Source: Bacteroidales bacterium (GTDB taxonomy: Bacteria > Bacteroidota > Bacteroidia > Bacteroidales > GCA-2711565). Taken from it: a stretch of DNA of 64,000 nt. Below are positions 1 through 8,807 of this stretch, piece after piece. Within the stretch, counting starts at the first letter, position 1, and the number at the start of each line of letters is the position of its first letter. The notes under the pieces were generated by a model, which searched no databases, was not told the DNA's origin, and worked only from the letters and a program-made list of their open reading frames with translations. The position numbers and the translations under genes were made by a program. Location of the stretch: positions 3,339,181 through 3,403,180 of the forward strand of contig OY775914.1 in NCBI GenBank assembly GCA_963675215.1, read 5' to 3'.

Positions 1-122
1 TCCGTTTCAGCAGCAAAAGGTTCTTTTTCTTCCAAAATATTTTCAGATACATGCTCGGTGCTGCAATTCACAAAAAAAACATTGAGTATGGCAATAAACA
101 TGTAAATTTTCCAGTTTTTCAT
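1..122 (-). CDS. 5' end of a lipoprotein-like gene running off the window start (partial)
   Basis: Reverse complement of 122..1 reads MKNWKIYMFIAILNVFFVNCSTEHVSENILEEKEPFAAET: basic N-terminus, hydrophobic core, then a Cys in a lipobox-like context. Missing from the ORF track because the window edge truncates it. Confidence 0.4.
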   Translation of the reverse strand, partial: MKNWKIYMFIAILNVFFVNCSTEHVSENILEEKEPFAAET

Positions 123-548
123 TACTCCAGATTTCTGAATACGTTTGCAATATACATAGATGTAGATAAGTACAAAATAGGTAAAACACTTAGATATCAC
201 CTAAACACTTCTTTTTTAAATTTAATGAACGGCACAAATAAATTCAATATTTCATACTTGCCTTCATGCATAGCGATCATTTTCTCTATTTTTTCGGGAA
301 CAATTGCTTTAATAATTCGACAAACTCCTCATTAGAAGGCCCTTTTTGTTTATTTTAAAAACAGAAAACCTAAATTAAATTCTACATTTCGTTTATAAAC
401 TTTACTTTTAAAGATCAAAAATAGAAAATGGAATAGGACATGTTTTTTGCACATTTTATAATATCATTAAAAGTTCTTACAAAGAGTATGCATTTTAGCG
501 TATTTTTTATAATTTTGGAGTTCAAACCTAATTAAATGAAATATTAAG

Positions 549-905
549 ATGGACAAATACATCACCATCAAGCCTTGGGAAACAAATGCCCCTAATCATC
601 TTGAATTTCATTTCAACGAGTTGGTTGAAATAACTGAAAAACAGCCTAATAATTCTGAGTGGAAAGATTGGATCTGGTGTCATAATGATTCAAATTCGGG
701 TTGGATTCCAAAGGATTTGATCGAAAAAGTTGATGATAATACCGGCAAAATTTTAGAAAATTACTCGGCCAAAGAGTTGAGTATTGGAGCAGGTGAAGTT
801 GTAAATGGCTATAAAGAGTATGGTGGTTGGGTTTGGTGTCAGCATATTGAAACAGGAGAAAGAGGTTGGTTACCTTTCGAGATATTACTCAAACTTTCAG
901 AATAA
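549..905 (+). CDS. small cytoplasmic protein with two SH3-like W-rich modules, function unknown
   Basis: 118-aa ORF with an internal duplication of the pattern W(I/V)WC....GW(I/L)P ('WIWCHNDSNSGWIPKDLI' and 'WVWCQHIETGERGWLPFEIL'), as in bacterial SH3-like folds. Confidence 0.6.
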   Translation: MDKYITIKPWETNAPNHLEFHFNELVEITEKQPNNSEWKDWIWCHNDSNSGWIPKDLIEKVDDNTGKILENYSAKELSIGAGEVVNGYKEYGGWVWCQHIETGERGWLPFEILLKLSE

Positions 906-2378
906 TTAATCCTTCATTTTACTATTATTTAAGTTCAACGACATTACGGTGCCGATTATTGCAATTAGTGATCCTAATAAAAAGGTGTAACTGTAAGCCT
1001 GTTTTATATTGGCTTCACTCCCATTTGAGGCAGCTACAAAACTAAAACATAAGGCAAACAATAGTACACCCATTAATTTCCCTAAACTTTTTGATGCCGA
1101 AATTGCAGCTGAACCCATTCCTGATTGATGTTTTAAGAGATCCTTCATCCCGACAAAAGAATTAACAGGATAGTATAAGCCCATTGCTAAACCCAGAAGT
1201 ATCATAGCAAGGATAAGTTCCCAAACAGCTGTATGATTATCCCAAAGCGAAAACCAAAACATGGAGGATGCGAGTAAAACATTGGCTGTAATGATGACAA
1301 TCTTGGGTTGAAAATACTTTGACAATAACCTTGAAAACGGGGAAACAAAAAGCATTACCAATGGAGACACCATCATTAACAATCCTGAGATTTGCGGGGT
1401 CACCAACTTCACATTCTCAAAATAAAAAGGCCTTAGAAACCTGGAACCTACATTAACCATAAAAAAAACAAAAAAACCAATGGCAGCCAGATTAAAATTC
1501 CTAACCCTAAATAATTTAAAATCGAATATCGGATTATTAAAACGCCGCTCTCTTCTGATAAAAAACATCAAAAAAACCAAAAATGATGAAAACGCCACAA
1601 TCATGATCCAGTCATTAAATCCTTCTTCGTTTGATGCATTAAGGGCGAAAATCACTGAGGCTAATGTTATAAAACTGTAAAATGCTCCCCAATAATCAGC
1701 ATTTTTGATTCTTTTTAAACCCCTTAGCATAAATGAACCGTTAAGAATCAAGAGTAAAATACCAATTGAACTGAGCGAAAAATTGATCAGAAATACACCA
1801 TGCCAATTAAATTCAGATAATATAAACCCACCAATCACAGGACCAAAACTAATTCCAACTGCGGTTGATGCCATCCATATACCATAGGCTGATTGTTGCT
1901 TATCACCCTGAATGTTTTTTCGAATATAAGCAGGTCCTACAACATACAACAAGGCTTCGCCAAAGCCCTGAAAGAATCTAATCGCGAGTAATATTTCAAA
2001 CTGATCGACAAAAAAACTACTTAGTGTTCCTATTATAAAAATCAAAAAGCCGAGGGTTAAAATTGCAGAAGTTTCGTAATTATCGATGATCCGCCCGGCA
2101 ATAATCGCAAAACTCGTTGCACTTAACATAGATGCCATCAGCAACCACGAAACTTTACTCATCCCAATTCCATAATATTCGCTAATTGTTGGGAGGGCAA
2201 TATTTACTGAAGTTAGATCCATTAAAACTATTGCGGCAGCCAGGTAACAAGCCCAGAGAATGGTTTTGTTAGAGTTAAGAATGGTAGGAGTTAATTTTGT
2301 CAATTGTGTCGAATAAGCTTTAAGCAAATTTAACAATTTTATATTCTCAGTGAAACACCAGTATCCAAAGCCATTCAA
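906..2378 (-). CDS. MFS transporter, DHA2/EmrB-like drug:H+ antiporter family
   Basis: 490-aa ORF that is hydrophobic throughout with about 14 TM segments and two-halves MFS organisation. The first ~30 codons of the ORF-track model may lie upstream of the true start. Confidence 0.85.
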   Translation of the reverse strand: MNGFGYWCFTENIKLLNLLKAYSTQLTKLTPTILNSNKTILWACYLAAAIVLMDLTSVNIALPTISEYYGIGMSKVSWLLMASMLSATSFAIIAGRIIDNYETSAILTLGFLIFIIGTLSSFFVDQFEILLAIRFFQGFGEALLYVVGPAYIRKNIQGDKQQSAYGIWMASTAVGISFGPVIGGFILSEFNWHGVFLINFSLSSIGILLLILNGSFMLRGLKRIKNADYWGAFYSFITLASVIFALNASNEEGFNDWIMIVAFSSFLVFLMFFIRRERRFNNPIFDFKLFRVRNFNLAAIGFFVFFMVNVGSRFLRPFYFENVKLVTPQISGLLMMVSPLVMLFVSPFSRLLSKYFQPKIVIITANVLLASSMFWFSLWDNHTAVWELILAMILLGLAMGLYYPVNSFVGMKDLLKHQSGMGSAAISASKSLGKLMGVLLFALCFSFVAASNGSEANIKQAYSYTFLLGSLIAIIGTVMSLNLNNSKMKD

Positions 2379-2479
2379 AAAACTTAACCTTTTACTTAAG
2401 GAAAAGTATTTTACATTTTGTTTGTTTCAATATTAATTATGTCGTATGTTTGCGTCATATAACATTAATAACAAAAAAC

Positions 2480-2806
2480 ATGACTTACGCCAAAACTGAT
2501 GCTTTTGATACTGAACTACAACACATCGCAAAAATCTCAAAGGTTCTCTCTCATCCGGCACGATTAGCCATTATAAAATATTTGGCCGAGTGCAATAGTT
2601 GTATCTCCGGAGATATTGCCAATGAATTGCCGCTAAGTCGAACAACTGTATCTCAACATTTGCAAGAATTAAAAAACATAGGTTTAATTGAAGGGGAGAT
2701 TGACGGCGTGAAGATTTGTTATTGCCTTAACCAAAAAAACATCATTGAAGCCCGAAATAAAATTGAAGCTTTTTTCAAACTTGGATTTCCGGGCTGTAAC
2801 TGTTAA
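2480..2806 (+). CDS. arsR: ArsR/SmtB family metalloregulatory transcriptional repressor
   Basis: Winged-helix signature 'KVLSHPARLAIIKYLAE...SGDIANELPLSRTTVSQHLQELKNIGLI'. The ATG at 2480 is preferred over the TTG at 2450 used by the ORF track. Confidence 0.85.
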   Translation: MTYAKTDAFDTELQHIAKISKVLSHPARLAIIKYLAECNSCISGDIANELPLSRTTVSQHLQELKNIGLIEGEIDGVKICYCLNQKNIIEARNKIEAFFKLGFPGCNC

Positions 2807-2818
2807 AAAACAAACAAG

Positions 2819-3655
2819 ATGCAAACAAACGAAGAAATTAAAACCGAAGTAAAAAAGAAATACAGTCAGATTGCTAGTCAAAATAAAGACCAAAACGAAC
2901 AAAGCTGCTGTGGTGCCGGAGACACTTGCTGCACCATTGATTATTCTGCATTTTCTAACGACTACACAAAAATTGAAGGTTACAACCCCGAAGCAGATTT
3001 AGGTTTGGGTTGTGGTTTACCAACTCAGTATACACAAATTAAAGAAGGCGATACTGTTTTAGATTTAGGTTCAGGAGCAGGTAACGATTGTTTTGTTGCC
3101 CGCATAGCTGTTGGCAAAATGGGCAAAGTAATCGGGCTCGATTTCACCGAAACCATGATTGAAAAGGCACGCATTAATGCCGATAAATTGGGATTTAATA
3201 ATGTAGAATTTCGTTTAGGTGAAATAGAAAACATGCCTATCGGTGGAAGTTCTATTGACGTTATTGTGAGTAATTGTGTTATGAATTTAGTACCCGACAA
3301 GCAAAAGGCTTTTGCAGAAACCTATCGTGTACTCATACCAGGAGGTCATTTTAGTATTTCTGATGTGGTGTTAAGGGGTGAACTCCCAAAGAACTTTATT
3401 ACAGATGCAGAAATGTGGGCAGGTTGTGTTTCGGGAGCGATGCAAATAGAAGATTACCTCAAAGCAATTGAGGATGCCGGGTTTAAAAACATCAAAGTAC
3501 AAACCGAAAAAAAGATAGCTTTGCCTGATCAGTTACTTTATGATAATTTTACCGAAGAAGTGGTTGAGAAATTTAAACAATCAAACACAGGCATCTATAG
3601 TATAACCGTGTATGCAGAAAAACCCACTTCCGAATGTGGATGCTGCTGTTGCTAA
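2819..3655 (+). CDS. arsM: arsenite S-adenosylmethionine methyltransferase
   Basis: SAM motif 'VLDLGSGAGNDCF'; Cys pairs 'CCGAGDTCC', 'SNCV' and 'AGCVSGA' typical of ArsM; Cys-rich tail ECGCCCC. Lies 12 nt after arsR. Confidence 0.85.
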   Translation: MQTNEEIKTEVKKKYSQIASQNKDQNEQSCCGAGDTCCTIDYSAFSNDYTKIEGYNPEADLGLGCGLPTQYTQIKEGDTVLDLGSGAGNDCFVARIAVGKMGKVIGLDFTETMIEKARINADKLGFNNVEFRLGEIENMPIGGSSIDVIVSNCVMNLVPDKQKAFAETYRVLIPGGHFSISDVVLRGELPKNFITDAEMWAGCVSGAMQIEDYLKAIEDAGFKNIKVQTEKKIALPDQLLYDNFTEEVVEKFKQSNTGIYSITVYAEKPTSECGCCCC

Positions 3656-3697
3656 TGAAGCGTTTAAAAGCTTATTTTTACACTTTAACAAAAAAAG

Positions 3698-5905
3698 ATG
3701 TCAGAAAAAAAAATCTACCCCGTATTAGGAATGTCTTGTGCATCCTGTGCTTCCAGTGTTGAGAGCATGCTCACTGTGCAGCCGGGTGTGATTTCTGCCA
3801 GTGTCAATTATGCCAACGGCGAAGTTTACATTGAATTTGACAAAAAACTGGCTAATCTCACTGAGATGCAGGAAGCCATTAAAAAGATAGGCTACGAAAT
3901 CATTATTGAGACCAAAGAACCCGAAAAGATTGTCGAAGAAAAGGAGAAAGAGCGATTCATTACGCTCCGGAAAAAACTAATTCTGGCCATTTTTCTAACC
4001 TTACCCATTTTTGTGGTCTCCATGTTTATGATGCCTTTGGCTCAGGCGGATAAATGGGTATTATTAGCATTGAGTATTCCGGTATTGTTTTATTGCGGTT
4101 CCGAATTCTTTATCAATGCATTTAATCAGGCACGGCGCAGATCAACAAACATGGACACCTTGGTTGCTCTGGGAACCGGAGTGGCTTTTATTTACAGTGC
4201 AATTGTAACCATATTCCCTTATTATTTTTTGAATCATGGCTTACCAACCCATGTTTATTTTGAATCTGCCACCGTCATTATTTCCTTCATTTTATTTGGA
4301 AGGTTTCTTGAAGAACGAGCAATAAAAAGAGCGTCTTCTGCTATTCATAAGCTAATGAACCTGCAACCAAAAAAATTAAATGTACTCCGAAACAATCAGG
4401 AAATGCAAATTGCGATTAAAGACGTACTCATTAATGATATCGTGCTTATTAAGCCCGGAGAAAAAATTCCGGTAGATGGAATTGTAGAAAGTGGAGAAAG
4501 TTATGTTAACGAGAGCATGATTAATGGTGAGCCAATCGCACTTCGTAAAACAACAAATGCAAAAGTTTTTGCAGGAACCATTAATCAGAAAGGAAGTTTG
4601 ACAATTATTGCTGAGAAAATTGGAAAAGAAACGCTGTTATCTCAGATCATTGACATGGTGAAAGAAGCCCAAAGGGTTAAACCTCCCATACAAAAACTAG
4701 CAGATAAAATTGCCAGCATCTTCGTTCCTATAGTATTGGCAATTTCACTTTTGACTTTTGGACTTTGGTATTTTTTAGGCCCTGAGCCGAGTGCCACTTA
4801 TGCTTTTGTTACCACCGTTGCAGTACTAATTATTGCGTGCCCTTGTGCTCTGGGATTAGCAACGCCAACAGCATTAATGGTTGGAATTGGAAAAGGTGCA
4901 CAGCATGGCATTCTTATTAAAAATGCTGAAAGCCTTGAAATGGCATACAAAGCAAACACGCTGTGCATCGACAAAACAGGAACACTAACGGAAGGAAAAC
5001 CGAAGGTTAGCGATCAATACTGGATACAGGATAATCCATACTTTAAATTGATTTTAATTGAAATGGAGAAAAAATCTGAGCATCCATTGGCTGGAGCCAT
5101 TGTGGCCGGAATTAAAACTTCGGATAATAAAATCCTCACGTTTGAAAATTTCCAGAACCATCCAGGTTATGGTGTGAGCGCAAGAATAGAAGGGATAAAT
5201 TATTACGTTGGACGATTTGATTTCATTAAAGAAAAAGAAATTCAGATTGAGGCAGCAGCAAAAGCAAAAATAGATCATTGGCAAAGCGAAGCCAAAACAC
5301 TGGTACTGTTTTCAGACGAAAAAAGAATATTGGCTGTAGTAGCAATAACCGATCTGCTTAAGGAAGGAACCCCATTTGCCATTAAAAAGCTAAAACAAAT
5401 GGGCATCGAAACCATTATGCTAACAGGAGATAATGAGAATTCAGCCAGAGCGATTGCAAAGCAATCAGGAATTGAAAAATTTCATGCAGGGATGATGCCT
5501 CAAGAAAAAGTTAAGATCATCAAAGAACTTCAGGCAGAAGGTAAAATTGTTGCCATGGCTGGAGACGGGATTAATGATTCTGCCGCATTGGCTCAGGCAG
5601 ATATTGGAATTGCCATGGCAAGTGGTTCAGACATTGCCCTTGAAAGTGCCGGAATTACCCTGATGAAATCAGATTTAAGCCATTTAATTGGAGCCATTAA
5701 ACTTTCGTTTGCAACGGTAAAAACCATCAAGCAAAACTTGTTCTGGGCTTTCTTTTATAATATCATCGCCATTCCTATTGCTGCCGGAATACTTTACCCA
5801 TTCACCGGATTTTTACTCAACCCCATGATTGCCGGAGCTGCCATGGCCATGAGCTCTGTTACCGTAGTAGCAAATAGTTTAAGATTACGAAAAGTGAGGT
5901 TATAA
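3698..5905 (+). CDS. copA: heavy-metal (Cu(I)-type) translocating P1B-type ATPase
   Basis: N-terminal HMA 'GMSCASCASSVE', TM 'CPC', 'DKTGTLT', 'GDGINDS'. The 'YN' (TM7) and 'MSSVTVVANS' (TM8) residues match the Cu(I) subclass. Confidence 0.9.
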   Translation: MSEKKIYPVLGMSCASCASSVESMLTVQPGVISASVNYANGEVYIEFDKKLANLTEMQEAIKKIGYEIIIETKEPEKIVEEKEKERFITLRKKLILAIFLTLPIFVVSMFMMPLAQADKWVLLALSIPVLFYCGSEFFINAFNQARRRSTNMDTLVALGTGVAFIYSAIVTIFPYYFLNHGLPTHVYFESATVIISFILFGRFLEERAIKRASSAIHKLMNLQPKKLNVLRNNQEMQIAIKDVLINDIVLIKPGEKIPVDGIVESGESYVNESMINGEPIALRKTTNAKVFAGTINQKGSLTIIAEKIGKETLLSQIIDMVKEAQRVKPPIQKLADKIASIFVPIVLAISLLTFGLWYFLGPEPSATYAFVTTVAVLIIACPCALGLATPTALMVGIGKGAQHGILIKNAESLEMAYKANTLCIDKTGTLTEGKPKVSDQYWIQDNPYFKLILIEMEKKSEHPLAGAIVAGIKTSDNKILTFENFQNHPGYGVSARIEGINYYVGRFDFIKEKEIQIEAAAKAKIDHWQSEAKTLVLFSDEKRILAVVAITDLLKEGTPFAIKKLKQMGIETIMLTGDNENSARAIAKQSGIEKFHAGMMPQEKVKIIKELQAEGKIVAMAGDGINDSAALAQADIGIAMASGSDIALESAGITLMKSDLSHLIGAIKLSFATVKTIKQNLFWAFFYNIIAIPIAAGILYPFTGFLLNPMIAGAAMAMSSVTVVANSLRLRKVRL

Positions 5906-6010
5906 GTGATTATTGGTTATTAGTTATTAGTTATTAGTTATTGGTGATCAGTTATTAGTTGTCAGTTAAAGATTCTTTATTCTAATTTTTAACTTCTGTT
6001 TTCTTACTAT
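5906..6010. repeat. heptad-periodic tract (TTAGTTA-type) starting at the base after the copA stop
   Basis: gtgatta|ttggtta|ttagtta|ttagtta|ttagtta|ttggtga|tcagtta|ttagttg|tcagtta, then the ..TTC-ending heptads aagattc|tttattc|taatttt|taacttc|tgttttc. Confidence 0.8.
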
Positions 6011-6200
6011 GATATCATTTTTCTTGTAACTTTTATCATGTGTCTATCGTCTTGATTCCGAATTCTCCTTTTCATCTATACATCATTAAATTATTTTTCC
6101 ATCATCTTAACCTTTAATCTTCTGACACGAATAAAGCCAGAACCGCTTCACATTTTTTAACAAATTAGCAACTAAACAAATCATCTCATTACCAAAAAAA

Positions 6201-6395
6201 ATCCATATCTTTAATCCTGAAATTCTTCCCGTCCGGATAGCAGCTGTTGAATAAGAATTCCAAATTCCCCGTAATTTAAAAATTGTTGTCGTTTTACTTT
6301 TAATCGACAAAATATATGATAATATAGAACCTGTGCAACACATCCCAACCTGTCCACCTATAGAGGATTTGGATGTTATTGGCTAAGAAACGTAA
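6201..6395 (+). repeat. conserved intergenic core, copy X (paralogous to 50711..50875)
   Basis: By-eye alignment: 'TATCTTTAATCCTGAAATTCTTCC..TGTTGAATAAGAATTCCAAATTCCCCGTAATTTA..TTAATCGACAAAATATATGATAAT' versus 'TATCTTTATTCCTGAAATTCTTCC..TGTTGATTAGAATTTCAAACTCCCCATTTATTGA..TTAATCGAAAAAATATATAATTGC'. Weaker similarity continues to a GTTA(T/C) site. Confidence 0.7.
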
Positions 6396-6444
6396 ACATA
6401 TTATTAGCCAGCAATAATTAATAACCTAATTTAAAGGACATCAA

Positions 6445-7671
6445 ATGAATAGATTATTCTTTTTAGTACTTATGGGATTTTCATATTTTTTAAATGCACA
6501 AACAGCACAAGAATTTCCTGTATTGAAAGGAGAATATTTAGGACAAAAACCAGCCGATACAATCCCGAAAATATTTGCCAAAGACATTGTTTCTGATCCT
6601 AGCTGGTATGAACATTGTCAGCTTGCAATATCCCCAAAGGGTGATGAAATTTTTTGGTCCGCATTTTCAAGGGAATACCCCCTTCCTGATGGAAAAGGTA
6701 ATACTGAACAGATATATTATTCGAAAATAGAAAATGAAAAATGGACAAAACCAGCTTTAGCTGAATTTGTTACTGATTATTTAACATATGGGAATGGATC
6801 TCCTGTATTTTCACCAGATGGTAATGGACTATATTTTAATTCAACCAGAACGGGTGGCTTAGGAAGAACTGATGTTTGGTATGTGAAAAGAGAGAATGAA
6901 AAATGGAGTATGCCAGTAAATATAGGTGCACCCGTTAATACTGAAAATGATAATTGGTCCCCATCATTTTCTAATCATGAAACGGCTTATCGCATGGATG
7001 ATTATCAAGATAATTCAGATAATAAACCAATTCGTTTTGTATATCGAAATAACAAGTTTATGGATTCTTCCGTCGTAAAAATTCACCCCGAATTCTATCC
7101 CTGGTATTCTTTTTGCGTATCACCAGAAGAAGATTACATGATTTTTTCCGGTTATCATTATCTTGGTGTTGGTGTACTTGACTTGTATATTTGTTATAAA
7201 GATGAGCAGGGTAGTTGGGGCTATCCGATTATGATGAGAGATCAAATAAACACAGAAACAGTAGAAAGATTTCCTGTAGTTTCTCCTGACGGGAAGTTTC
7301 TTTTTTTCGTTCGACAAGTAGATACGCATAACTTTTATTGGGTATCAACTAAGATACTTGATAAGTATAGAAGTGAAAGTTTAGAAAAAATGAAGAACAC
7401 TCCCCTTTTTAAAGATCTAGAATTAAAAGCTGAAGAAATTGAACAATACCTTGGAGTTTATTCTCCCGTTGATTTGCCTTTTAAATTTACTATAAGCAGT
7501 GAAGAAAATAAATTAAAAATAAGAATGGGTAACTCAACTTATCCATTAGAATGTTATGGTAAAAACAAATTTAAATATGATAAACGGATGATAAAGATAG
7601 AATTCTTTCCAGATGAGAATAGAATGTTTTTTCAATCCGGAATTGAAAAAATAGATTTTCTAAAATTATAA
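6445..7671 (+). CDS. secreted PD40/TolB-like beta-propeller repeat protein
   Basis: Signal peptide MNRLFFLVLMGFSYFLNAQ. Repeated 'SP(K/D)G..(I/L)(F/Y)' blades ('SPKGDEIFW', 'SPDGNGLYFNSTR', 'SPDGKFLFFVR'). Confidence 0.75.
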   Translation: MNRLFFLVLMGFSYFLNAQTAQEFPVLKGEYLGQKPADTIPKIFAKDIVSDPSWYEHCQLAISPKGDEIFWSAFSREYPLPDGKGNTEQIYYSKIENEKWTKPALAEFVTDYLTYGNGSPVFSPDGNGLYFNSTRTGGLGRTDVWYVKRENEKWSMPVNIGAPVNTENDNWSPSFSNHETAYRMDDYQDNSDNKPIRFVYRNNKFMDSSVVKIHPEFYPWYSFCVSPEEDYMIFSGYHYLGVGVLDLYICYKDEQGSWGYPIMMRDQINTETVERFPVVSPDGKFLFFVRQVDTHNFYWVSTKILDKYRSESLEKMKNTPLFKDLELKAEEIEQYLGVYSPVDLPFKFTISSEENKLKIRMGNSTYPLECYGKNKFKYDKRMIKIEFFPDENRMFFQSGIEKIDFLKL

Positions 7672-7696
7672 TTTAAAGGTAGAATTTGCTCAAATG

Positions 7697-7842
7697 ACTT
7701 TCACTAACACCTGTAAATAAAATATGGCAAATCCGTACTCGGCTGAGAAGTAGGCAATTCGTTAACACCTTCCTTTCCGTCGGAAAGAAAAATACTCCGA
7801 AATATTGCAACGTTCCATAGCCTAAAGCTTAGTGCGTTAAGC
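7697..7842 (+). repeat. full-length structured intergenic element A (attC-like imperfect dyad)
   Basis: Starts CACTAACACC..ATATGGCA and ends CCATAG..TTAGTGCGTTAAGC. Nested pairings: cactaa/ttagtg, tatgg/ccata, gcaat/attgc, and a central ctttcc-gtc-ggaaag hairpin. The right end GTTAAGC fits GTTRRRY. Confidence 0.6.
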
Positions 7843-7855
7843 AGAAAAACGAAAT

Positions 7856-8779
7856 ATGAAAGTTAAAAATCAAATTATTGTTTACGGCGGAACTGGCTTT
7901 TATGGACAAAAAGTAGTTGAAAAATTAGTTAAAAAAGGACAGCTTGTAAAAGTGGTTACCCGAAACTCTGAAAATGCTAAGAAAATATTTGGAGATAAAA
8001 TAGAACTATTTCAAGGAGATGTAACGGAAAAAGGAACTATTGAAAAGTCTTTAAAAAATGTTAGTGCTATTGTAATTTGTCTTTCGGCGATGAGTAATAA
8101 ACTGATCAGAAAAATGAAAGAAATTGAGCGTGATGCTGTTTTGGAAATCATGGAAGAAGCAAAAAAAGCGGATATTTCAAGATTAGTTTATATGTCGGGA
8201 TATGAAATGAGAAAACAACTTCTTGATGATTTAAAAATCCCAGAATTTGGAGAAATAAAAATAGAAGTTGAGGCAAAAATCAGACAATCAGATTTTAACT
8301 GGACCATATTAGGCGATGCCCCCGCATTTGAAATATTTTTTGCATTCACAAATAAAGGAAGAATGACGGTACCCGGAGGTGGGTTAAATGCATTTCCAAC
8401 TATATCACCAGAAGATGTTGGAGAGCTAACATCACAAATTGTAATGCGAACAGACTTAAACGGAAGAAGAATAAAATTAACAGGGCCGAAAGCCTATTCT
8501 TTTCCCGAAGTAGCAAAATTAATGTCCTACATAGGTGGAAAAAAAATCAAACATATGGCGATCCCTTTATTTATAATAAACGTGGTGTCATTTTTACTTT
8601 TACCATTTACACCTTTTGTTAGATATTTATATAAGAGTTTAAAAATGCTAAATAATTTTCCAGCAGATTTAGCAGAAAATGTTCCAGGAGATCACAAACT
8701 ATTAAGGGAATTATTTGATTATGAGCCAGTAACCTTGGAAATGGAGATTAATCGTAGAATAAACAATAATACATTATAA
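7856..8779 (+). CDS. NAD(P)H-binding NmrA/SDR-like oxidoreductase
   Basis: N-terminal Rossmann motif 'VYGGTGFYGQKVVEKLVKKGQLVKVVTRN'; 307 aa, an atypical-SDR length. Confidence 0.75.
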   Translation: MKVKNQIIVYGGTGFYGQKVVEKLVKKGQLVKVVTRNSENAKKIFGDKIELFQGDVTEKGTIEKSLKNVSAIVICLSAMSNKLIRKMKEIERDAVLEIMEEAKKADISRLVYMSGYEMRKQLLDDLKIPEFGEIKIEVEAKIRQSDFNWTILGDAPAFEIFFAFTNKGRMTVPGGGLNAFPTISPEDVGELTSQIVMRTDLNGRRIKLTGPKAYSFPEVAKLMSYIGGKKIKHMAIPLFIINVVSFLLLPFTPFVRYLYKSLKMLNNFPADLAENVPGDHKLLRELFDYEPVTLEMEINRRINNNTL

Positions 8780-8807
8780 AACATAGAAATGGAATAAGCT
8801 CATAATT

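Noticed and set aside
51-335. 94-aa + strand ORF at the window start
   Set aside because: Its 5' part overlaps, in antisense, a better-looking minus-strand lipoprotein N-terminus (1..122). The composition is low-complexity and AT-driven, there is no motif, and it lies in the divergent promoter region.
490-535. 'GGAGTTCAAACCT' resembling a tRNA T-arm
   Set aside because: No acceptor stem, D-arm or anticodon arm can be built from the AT-rich flanks, so it is not a tRNA.
1480-1887. Antisense ORFs inside the MFS gene. The same type occurs inside other long genes (e.g. 3025..3300, 13944..14162, 29114..29392, 35201..35398, 59215..60124, 60751..61107, 63445..63795).
   Set aside because: These are shadow ORFs on the opposite strand or in alternative frames of well-supported genes, with no motifs.
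5906-5967. Tandem repeats considered as a possible CRISPR array
   Set aside because: The period is 7 (or 14) nt with no unique spacers and no cas genes. This is not CRISPR architecture.
6107-6343. 78-aa minus-strand ORF in module X, and the 63-aa + strand ORF 50564..50755 in module Y
   Set aside because: The two modules are homologous at DNA level, but the ORFs lie on opposite strands and in unrelated frames. Conservation is therefore non-coding.
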